A model generated the notes under the pieces. That model saw nothing but the letters and a program-made list of their open reading frames with translations. It was not told the DNA's origin and searched no databases. DNA of 64,000 nt, taken from the NCBI GenBank assembly GCA_937864225.1, contig CALMJK010000004.1:137949-201948 (forward strand), written 5' to 3'. This DNA comes from an uncultured bacterium. GTDB taxonomy: Bacteria > Krumholzibacteriota > Krumholzibacteriia > LZORAL124-64-63. This document shows positions 43,992 to 51,359 of the stretch, piece by piece (within the stretch, counting starts at the first letter, position 1; every line of letters begins with the position of its first letter). The translations under genes and the position numbers were made by a program.

Positions 43992-46900
43992 TCACGGCCC
44001 CAGCGTGATCTCCACGACGTGCCGCGCCCCGTCGCGCGCCAGCGGCACGATCGCCCCGGTCTCGTCGATCGCCAGCGGCACGCCGTCGAGCGTGCCGGCC
44101 GTCACCCGCGCGGAGCACGCCCGGGGGTTCGCGACCCGGAGCGCATAGGTGGTCCGGCCGTCCGGCAGGCGGTAGTCCACCGTGAACGCCGGCCACTCGT
44201 CGGGGATGCACGGTTTCACGACCAGTCGCGCGCCGGCCTCGAGGCGCAGGCCGAGCACGTTCTCGAGCGCGACACGCCAGTACCAGCCGGACGATCCCGT
44301 GTACCAGGTCCAGCCGCCGCGGCCGACGTGCGGCTCGGCGCCGTAGACGTCGGCGCAGATGACGTAGGGCTCCACCTTGTAGCGCGCGACCTGCTCGCGG
44401 GTGCGGGCGTGGTTGATCGGGTTGAGCAGCGCCAGCAGCGCGGCGGCCCGCTGGCGCCGGCCGATCTCGGCCAGAGCGCGCACCACCCACGTTGCGGCGT
44501 GCGTGTATTGGCCGCCGTTCTCGCGCACGCCGGGCACATACCCTTTGATGTAGCCCGGGTCGTGCGGGGTCGCGTCGAACGGAGGAGCCAGCAGGCGGAT
44601 CAGGCCGTCGCGATCGCTGATCAGGTGCTCCTCCACGGCGTCGAGGGCGCGGGCGGCCCGCGCGGGCGCGGCGGCGCCCGAGATGACGGCCCAGGCCTGG
44701 GCCAGCGCGTCGATGCGGCACTCGTCGCTGGCGCGCGAGCCGAGCACGGCGCCGTCGTCGTACCAGCCGCGGCGGTACCAGTCGCCGTCCCAGGCGTGCT
44801 GCTCCAGCGCCAGGCGGTAGGCCTCGCGGCGCTGCCGGTAACGGGCGGCGCGCGCCGCGTCGCCGCGCGCTTCGCACAGCGGGGCGAAGGCGTCGAGCAC
44901 GCCGTAGAGGAAGAAGCCCAGCCAGACGCTCTCGCCGCGGCCCTCGCGTCCGACCCGGTTCATGCCGTCGTTCCAGTCGCCGGCGCCGAACAGCGGCAGG
45001 TCGTGCCGGCCCGCGGTCAGGCCGCGGTCGATGGCGCGGCAGCAGTGCTCGTAGACGCTGCCCAGCTCCCCGGCAGGAAGCGGGAGCAAGTAGGCTTCGT
45101 CCTCGCCCGGGGCGAGCTGGCGCGCCGTCAGATAGGGCACGGCTTCGTCCAGGAGGCCGCGATCGCCCGTGGCGGCCACGTACGCGGCCGTCAGGTAGGG
45201 CAGCCAGAGCAGGTCGTCGGCGAAGCGCGTGCGCAGCCCGCGGCCGGCGGGCGGGTGCCACCAGTGCAGCACGTCCCCTTCGACGAATTGGTGCGCCGCG
45301 TGCAGGATGATCTGCCGGCGCGTCAACTCCGGATCCAGGTGCATCAGAGACGAGGCGTCCTGCAGCTGATCGCGGTAGCCGAAGGCGCCGCCCGATTGAT
45401 AGAAGGCTGCGCGCGCGAAGATGCGGCACCCCAGCGTCTGGTAGGGGAGCCAGCCGTTGAGCAGCACGTCCAGCTCCGGCGCCGGCGTCTTCACGCGCAC
45501 GCCGCCGGTCAGGTCCCGCCAGCGGTCGCGGGCCGCGGCGAAGGCTCGCGGCACGGCGCCCGGGGCGCGCAGCCGCGCGACCAACGCGACGGCGGCGGCC
45601 TCGTCGGATTCTTCGCCGAGCAGGCACGCGACCTCCACCGTCTGACGCGGTCCGACGACGAGCGGCAGACGCTGCGCGAAGCAGGCGTCGAGACCGGGCC
45701 CGACCCGGTCGTCGAGCGGGCCGCCCATCACGACCGCGGCCGGCGCCGCGAGGGAGCCGCCGAGGCCGACGAACGCGGCGCGGTCGCCAGTGGCGGAGAT
45801 CTCGTCGCCGCCGGCGGCGGCGGTCACGATCGCCGCGAAGGCCGCGCCGCCGGCGAAGTCCGCGGCTACGCTGTTGCGGGCCAGCAGGAGCGCCGGCTCG
45901 GCGCCGCGCCAAGTCACCACGAACCGCCCGCTGCTCTGCGGCGTGTCGCCGAGGGCCAGCCGGGCGTAGGTGTACAGCGCCAGCCGGCGCGGGCGGTCGG
46001 CGCCGTTGGTCAAGCGCAGCGCGGCGATGCGCACGGGCGCGTCGCGGTCCACGAACAGCGTCGTTTCGATGTGCAGCCCGTTGGCGGCGTGCCGGAAGCG
46101 GCTGTAGCCCAGACCGTGCGTGACCGTGTACGCGCCCGGGCCCGGCGCGGGGCCGGGCAGGGGCGACCAGACGGCGCCGCTCGCCTCGTCGCGCAGCCAG
46201 AACGCCTCGCCGTGCGGGTCCCGCGCGGGGTCGTTGGCCCAGGGCGTGAGCCTGTGCTCGCGGCTGTTGCCCCGCCACGTGCAGGCCGCGCCGGTCTCGC
46301 TGACGATCAATCCGCACGATTCGTTGGCGATCACGTTCACCCAGGGCAGGGGGGGCAGGCGCAAGGCGCCGTCGCCGTCGCGCGCCAGCGGGATGACGTA
46401 TCCCCTGCCGTCTGCCGTGAAACCGCCGTGGCCGTTCCAGAAGCGCAATGGAGGGGCCTCGTCGACGAGGGCCGCGGGGTCGGCGGCCGCCGCCGGGGCG
46501 ATCGGCGCCGGCGGTGGGCGCCGACCCCGCGGCGGATGGGCGGGAGCCTCCGGCAGCTCGTCCGCGACGACCAGCCGCGCGCTGGTCGCCAGCAGGTCGG
46601 AATCGCCGGGGCCGAGGTCGTCGGCGCGGATCGAAAGCGCCGCGCCGGCGCGAGGGCTGTCCGGCGCCCCGTCGGGCTCCACCACGGCGAGATCGATCGG
46701 CAGGCCGAGGGCGACCCAGTAGCGGTGCGCTTGCTCCACCTCGGCGCGCACGGCCGCGTGGGCGGACCGCCCGGGGTGCAACAGCACCAGCGGCCGCCCT
46801 GGCGACAGGCCGAAACGCGCCAGGCGGCTCGGGTCGCCGGCAGCGCGGGCGAGGACGGCGGGCGCGGCCCGCAGGGCCGGATCGCCGTACAGGATCCCGG

Positions 46901-47870
46901 CCGCGAGCTGCTGCCACCGCAGGGCCTGGCGTGCATCCGCCCCGAGACTGGCTAGGCCGGCGGTGGCGTGCGCGCGCGCCGTTGCGAAGGCGGCGTCGAC
47001 GGAGGCGTCGGTGGCGTAGCGGGCGGGCAGCGCCCGCGCCGCCTCGCGATCCGCGGCGGCGCCCAGCGCGAAGGTCAACCGCGCCTGGCCGCCCGGCGCG
47101 AGGTCGACGGGGCGGCGCAGCGCGACGCAAGGGTCGAGCACGCTGCCCGTCGTGCCCGAGAGCTCGGCCCCGGGTTCGAGCGCGGCCGGTTTGGCGGCGC
47201 CGGCGCGCCGTCCGAGGAAGCGCGCGCGATCGGTTTCGCAGCTGACCGGTCCCGCCGCCGGATCCTGCGCGCAGAGCGCGTGCACGAGCCAGGGGTGGTT
47301 TTCCCCGTTGGCCCGCGGGCGGCGGCGGACCAGCAGCACCGGGCGGTCGCCGTCGCGCTCCGTCTGCAGGAACAGGCGGGCGAAGGCCGGGTGGCTCGCG
47401 TGCGCGACGGGATCCAGCAGCACGACTTCCGCGAAGGTGGTCACGTCCAGCCGGCGCGGCCGGGCGGCGCGATTGATCACCGTCAGGCGGCGCAGCTCGC
47501 CGCCCGCGCCGGGCGGCACCGCGATTTCGAGTCGGCAAGCGACTTCGTGCGACTCGCCCGCGATGGTCAGGCACCCGGGTTCCCACGACGTGGACCAAAC
47601 GTCCGGCTCGGCGGGCAGCGCGCCGCCGCCGACGGACCAGACCGCGCCCGTCTCTCGGTCCCGCAGGCAGAGGAAGAGGCCGTCGGCGTCCTCGACGCGG
47701 TCGCCGGCCCAAGCCGTCAGGGCGAGGCCGCATAGCCGACTGAAGCCCGCGCCGCGGCGCGTGACGAGCGCGACATACTCGCCGTCCGACAGCACGGCCG
47801 CCTGTACGCCGGCCTGCTGGGGGCCGCGCGCGCCCGCGCCGCCAGGCCTGCCTGTGCGCGATTCCCGCAT
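43992..47870 (-). CDS. GH94 glycoside phosphorylase, stand-alone Cgs/NdvB C-terminal type (two GT36-associated domains plus catalytic barrel)
   Basis: LSDGEY, PW.NVIAN, FYQSGGAFGYRDQLQD, HWWH, GDWNDGMNRVG..GRGESVWLG, RENGGQYTH and GRGGWTWYTGSSGW. No TM or GT84 region. Confidence 0.85.
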   Translation of the reverse strand: MRESRTGRPGGAGARGPQQAGVQAAVLSDGEYVALVTRRGAGFSRLCGLALTAWAGDRVEDADGLFLCLRDRETGAVWSVGGGALPAEPDVWSTSWEPGCLTIAGESHEVACRLEIAVPPGAGGELRRLTVINRAARPRRLDVTTFAEVVLLDPVAHASHPAFARLFLQTERDGDRPVLLVRRRPRANGENHPWLVHALCAQDPAAGPVSCETDRARFLGRRAGAAKPAALEPGAELSGTTGSVLDPCVALRRPVDLAPGGQARLTFALGAAADREAARALPARYATDASVDAAFATARAHATAGLASLGADARQALRWQQLAAGILYGDPALRAAPAVLARAAGDPSRLARFGLSPGRPLVLLHPGRSAHAAVRAEVEQAHRYWVALGLPIDLAVVEPDGAPDSPRAGAALSIRADDLGPGDSDLLATSARLVVADELPEAPAHPPRGRRPPPAPIAPAAAADPAALVDEAPPLRFWNGHGGFTADGRGYVIPLARDGDGALRLPPLPWVNVIANESCGLIVSETGAACTWRGNSREHRLTPWANDPARDPHGEAFWLRDEASGAVWSPLPGPAPGPGAYTVTHGLGYSRFRHAANGLHIETTLFVDRDAPVRIAALRLTNGADRPRRLALYTYARLALGDTPQSSGRFVVTWRGAEPALLLARNSVAADFAGGAAFAAIVTAAAGGDEISATGDRAAFVGLGGSLAAPAAVVMGGPLDDRVGPGLDACFAQRLPLVVGPRQTVEVACLLGEESDEAAAVALVARLRAPGAVPRAFAAARDRWRDLTGGVRVKTPAPELDVLLNGWLPYQTLGCRIFARAAFYQSGGAFGYRDQLQDASSLMHLDPELTRRQIILHAAHQFVEGDVLHWWHPPAGRGLRTRFADDLLWLPYLTAAYVAATGDRGLLDEAVPYLTARQLAPGEDEAYLLPLPAGELGSVYEHCCRAIDRGLTAGRHDLPLFGAGDWNDGMNRVGREGRGESVWLGFFLYGVLDAFAPLCEARGDAARAARYRQRREAYRLALEQHAWDGDWYRRGWYDDGAVLGSRASDECRIDALAQAWAVISGAAAPARAARALDAVEEHLISDRDGLIRLLAPPFDATPHDPGYIKGYVPGVRENGGQYTHAATWVVRALAEIGRRQRAAALLALLNPINHARTREQVARYKVEPYVICADVYGAEPHVGRGGWTWYTGSSGWYWRVALENVLGLRLEAGARLVVKPCIPDEWPAFTVDYRLPDGRTTYALRVANPRACSARVTAGTLDGVPLAIDETGAIVPLARDGARHVVEITLGP

Positions 47871-47952
47871 CGCCCGCGCTTCTCTCCGTGGTGGGGGCAG
47901 ACCGGGCGCGAGGCGCCTCATCCCGCCGGCGACGCCTCCCTCGGCTGCCCAG

Positions 47953-47974
47953 TCCAAGTCATTTCCAAGTCATT
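47953..47974. repeat. Perfect 11-bp tandem direct repeat
   Basis: TCCAAGTCATT TCCAAGTCATT in the leader upstream of the GH94 gene. Confidence 0.9.
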
Positions 47975-48006
47975 GTGACGCCCAGCCCCAACGATTGCCA
48001 GCGCTA

Positions 48007-48020
48007 TGGAAACGTTTTCA
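48007..48020. promoter_or_regulatory. LacI-family operator (GH94/GH1 side)
   Basis: TGGAAACGTTTTCA. A perfect TTGACA lies on the minus strand at 48072-48067, but no convincing -10 was found. Confidence 0.8.
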
Positions 48021-48131
48021 GATGATTTCCCCCAGGCACTCATGAGCCGTAAAATATTTAAATCGTTGTCAATAAAGCCATTAAATTCTCAAGGACCCGC
48101 GGCGTCGTGGCGCCGGCGAGGCCTTTTTCGA

Positions 48132-48166
48132 TTGACTTCCCGGGCAAGATGTGAAAACCTTTTCAC
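48132..48166 (+). promoter_or_regulatory. sigma70-type promoter overlapped by a LacI operator (lacI/receptor operon)
   Basis: TTGACT (48132-37)-N17-AAACCT, with palindrome GTGAAAACCTTTTCAC (48151-66) covering the putative -10. Confidence 0.72.
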
Positions 48167-48259
48167 CATCCGCCACCCTCTTCGGCGGAGCCGTCCGCGA
48201 GCCGCGGGGGGAGCCGCCTGGGCCTTGAGGTGGGAGCGCTCGCGCGGGGGAGAGGGCTC

Positions 48260-49321
48260 TTGACCACGATCCGCGATGTGGCGCGCGCCGCCGGGGTTTC
48301 GATCGCGACGGTTTCGCGCGTGTTCAACGGCAATCCGCGCGTCGGCGAGGATACCGCCCTGCGGGTCTGGGACGCCGCGGGGGAACTCGATTACTGGCCC
48401 AACGGGGCCGCCCGCAGCCTCACGACCAGTCGCACCCAGACCCTCGGCGTGCTTCTGCCCGACCTGTACGGCGACTTCTTCTCCGAGGTGATTCGCGGCA
48501 TCGACCAGGCCGCGCGCCGCGCGCACTTTCAGATCCTCCTCTCGAGTTCGCACGCCGACCCCATCGAGATCGTCGCCGCGGCGCGCGCCATGCGCGGCCG
48601 CGTGGACGGGCTGATCATCATGGCCTCGGATCGGGGCACGGCCGAGGCCGTGCTTGGGTTCCTGGGGCGGCAGCCGCTGGTCTTCCTCAACCCGTACCTG
48701 GATCCCGACGGCTGCAGCGCCGTGTCGATCGACAACCGTGCGGGCGGGCGCAGCGCGGTCGAGCACCTGATCGCGCTCGGGCACCGCGTGATCGCCACCG
48801 TGCGGGGGCCGGAGGGGAACATCGACGCCGAAGAGCGGCTGGGCGGCTATCGCGACGCCCTGGCCGGCGCCGGACTATCGGCGAGTCCGCAATTGGAGCT
48901 GCCAGGCGATTTCACCGAGACGGCCGGCTTTCGCGCCGTGAGCGGTCTGCTCGCCGCAGTTCCTCGCCCGACGGCCGTGTTCGCTGCCAACGACGCGATG
49001 GCGGCGGGACTGCTCGGCGGCCTGCGCGACGCCGGCGTGGCGGTGCCGGGCGAGATGGCCGTCGTCGGCTTCGATGACATCGGCGTCGCCCGCTGTCTGA
49101 CGCCGCCGCTGACCAGCGTGCGCGTCGATGTGTGCGAATTGGGTCGTCGCGCCGTGCAGTTGCTGCTGGAAACGGTCGGACCGGACGGACCGGCGCCGTG
49201 TCGCCGGGAGGTGCTGCCCGCGCGGCTCGTGCTCCGGGAATCGTGCGGGTGCAGGAGTCGGACCGAGCTGCCGGTGCTCGCGCGCGGGGCCGGCGACTCG
49301 GGCGAGAGGGACCGGATATAA
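48260..49321 (+). CDS. LacI/GalR family transcriptional repressor
   Basis: TIRDVARAAGVSIATVSRV HTH, YWPN.AARSL, ANDAMA and VVGFDD. TTG start. Confidence 0.95.
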   Translation: MTTIRDVARAAGVSIATVSRVFNGNPRVGEDTALRVWDAAGELDYWPNGAARSLTTSRTQTLGVLLPDLYGDFFSEVIRGIDQAARRAHFQILLSSSHADPIEIVAAARAMRGRVDGLIIMASDRGTAEAVLGFLGRQPLVFLNPYLDPDGCSAVSIDNRAGGRSAVEHLIALGHRVIATVRGPEGNIDAEERLGGYRDALAGAGLSASPQLELPGDFTETAGFRAVSGLLAAVPRPTAVFAANDAMAAGLLGGLRDAGVAVPGEMAVVGFDDIGVARCLTPPLTSVRVDVCELGRRAVQLLLETVGPDGPAPCRREVLPARLVLRESCGCRSRTELPVLARGAGDSGERDRI

Positions 49322-49366
49322 AAAAAGGGGAGCGACCCAGCGGTCGGCAACGGGAGGTCTCGCACA

Positions 49367-51280
49367 ATGAGAAGGGGACTGTTCACAGGATTTCTGCTGG
49401 CGTTGGCGCTCGTCGCCGCGGCGCCCGCCCCGGCGCTGATCCGGCCGGGAATGCCGCGCGAGGATGTCATCTGGGCGCGCGTCGCCGCGGCGCCGCTGAC
49501 GCTCGACGGCGTGCTGAACGAAGCGAGCTGGGCGAAGGCGGAATCGACGATCATCAAGTTCGGCCGCGTCAACGGCATCCCGGGCAGCGGCTGGAAGATC
49601 GAGGCCGGCGGCCTGCCGCAGGACTCGACCAGGGTCACGATCAAGTGGCTGGCGCGCGACAACCAGTTGTACCTGGGCGTGCGCGCGCCGGACAAGTACA
49701 TCGGCGGTTCCTCGGAGTTCAACCGCTTCGACGGCCTGCTGATGGGCGTCAAGAACCATCTCAGCGAAGGCGCGCCCAAGGCCGTGGCGGAGTACTTCTA
49801 CGCCTGGTGGTACCCGCATCTGACCGATCCGCAGCCGGTGGGCCAGCTGCCGCGCTTCATCGGGCTGTTCGGCGAACCGGAGCCCGGCGTGGCGCGCACC
49901 CCGGAGGCGATCGCCGCCTGGGACGCCGTGACCGTCGTGCGGGGCAAGACGAACTCCGACTCGACGCTCGCCGATCTCGACGAGGGCTACACGGTCGAGA
50001 TGCGGTTCGACTGCACAGCCGTGGGCTACGACATCACCCGGCCCGAGGGCGACACTTTCGAGTGGAACATCTCGATCTATGATTGCGACGGATGGTGGCC
50101 CTTGAACCTGGGAATCTTCTCCTCCTCGCGCGTCTGGTGGCAGGGGCCGTGGGGCAATTCCGCTGGCTACAACGAGGTGCGGGTGATGTCGCGACCGGAC
50201 GTGACCGTGAGTTCCGGCGCGGCGCCGCCCGTCCTGCCCGAGGTCGTCTATCCGCGCCTGAACGCCGCCCCCACGATCGACGGCAACCTGAACGACGCTG
50301 TCTGGAGCGATCCGCTCGTCTACTCCTTCGACATTCGCTACGGCGACGACGGCTTGCGGCAGACATACCCTGCGGTGGGGCCTTACGTGGCCGGCGAGTG
50401 GCAGCCGGAGGTCAACGGCGGCCTGGCCTACGTCGTCAACCCGGGCGACGCGACGGTCCGCATGTTCGTCTCCGGCGATCGACTCTACGTCGGCTACGAC
50501 GTGCGCGACGAGGTCGTGCAGTACCACACGAACGAGTTCCGCTGGGACGGCTTCTGGCTGCACATGACGGACATCGACTCGCTCGATTTCATCGACCACA
50601 CGCTCAACGGGCACCGCGTCGGCTTCCAGGTCGGGCCCGGCGGCAGCGTTCTGCCCAAGAACTACTTGATCAACCTGATCAGCCTCGGCAAGGCGCAGAT
50701 AGCGCTGTACCTCAAGCCAGGCACGACTGTCGACACGCTCGGCATCGACGTCGACGCCGGCTATTCGGCCGAGATGTGGGTGGACCTGACCGAGCTCGGC
50801 TACACGCCGGGCGCCGTGTCGGGACCGCTTTTCTTGGGCGTCGTGCTGCTGGACGGCGATTCGTACTTGCCGATCACCGACAGCTACGGCACGAAGACCT
50901 GGTGGTTCCGCGAGTACGACAACACCTGCTGTCCGTCCTGGGGATACATCTCGTCGGTGACGACCGGCGTGGAGCCAGGCGATGATCCGGTTTCGGGCGC
51001 GCGCGGTCGCATCGGCAGCTTCCCCAATCCCTCGCTGCAGCCCCATCTCCGCTACAATCTGCCGGAGCGCAGTCGCGTGACCCTGGAGATCTACGACCTG
51101 CGGGGCCGGCTGATCGAGCGCAGATTGCTCGGCACGCAGGAGGAAGGCGAGCGTACCGAGCAACTGTTCGGCCGGCACAAGCACGGCGCCGGCGTTTACG
51201 TGTACCGCCTGCGGCTCGAAGATCCGGCCACGGGTCAGCTGCGTTCACTGCTGTCGGGCAAAACGGTCCTGCTCGACTGA
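49367..51280 (+). CDS. Secreted protein with two CBM9/DOMON-like domains and a CTD
   Basis: Signal peptide; repeated (LT/PT)(L/I)DG.LN(E/D)..W...LY(L/V)G motifs; C-terminal FPNP...LEIYDLRGRLI...GVYVYRL...VLLD. Confidence 0.7.
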   Translation: MRRGLFTGFLLALALVAAAPAPALIRPGMPREDVIWARVAAAPLTLDGVLNEASWAKAESTIIKFGRVNGIPGSGWKIEAGGLPQDSTRVTIKWLARDNQLYLGVRAPDKYIGGSSEFNRFDGLLMGVKNHLSEGAPKAVAEYFYAWWYPHLTDPQPVGQLPRFIGLFGEPEPGVARTPEAIAAWDAVTVVRGKTNSDSTLADLDEGYTVEMRFDCTAVGYDITRPEGDTFEWNISIYDCDGWWPLNLGIFSSSRVWWQGPWGNSAGYNEVRVMSRPDVTVSSGAAPPVLPEVVYPRLNAAPTIDGNLNDAVWSDPLVYSFDIRYGDDGLRQTYPAVGPYVAGEWQPEVNGGLAYVVNPGDATVRMFVSGDRLYVGYDVRDEVVQYHTNEFRWDGFWLHMTDIDSLDFIDHTLNGHRVGFQVGPGGSVLPKNYLINLISLGKAQIALYLKPGTTVDTLGIDVDAGYSAEMWVDLTELGYTPGAVSGPLFLGVVLLDGDSYLPITDSYGTKTWWFREYDNTCCPSWGYISSVTTGVEPGDDPVSGARGRIGSFPNPSLQPHLRYNLPERSRVTLEIYDLRGRLIERRLLGTQEEGERTEQLFGRHKHGAGVYVYRLRLEDPATGQLRSLLSGKTVLLD

Positions 51281-51293
51281 TTTCCCGCTCGCC

Positions 51294-51336
51294 GCGGCCG
51301 GGGCGGAGGAGACAGCCCTTCTCCGGCCCTGGCCGC
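51294..51336 (+). other. Intra-operon stem-loop
   Basis: GCGGCCGGGGCGGAG...CTCCGGCCCTGGCCGC, about 15 bp with one bulge and no U-tract. Confidence 0.55.
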
Positions 51337-51359
51337 GCGCCGGGCCAATCGCGGGAGGA

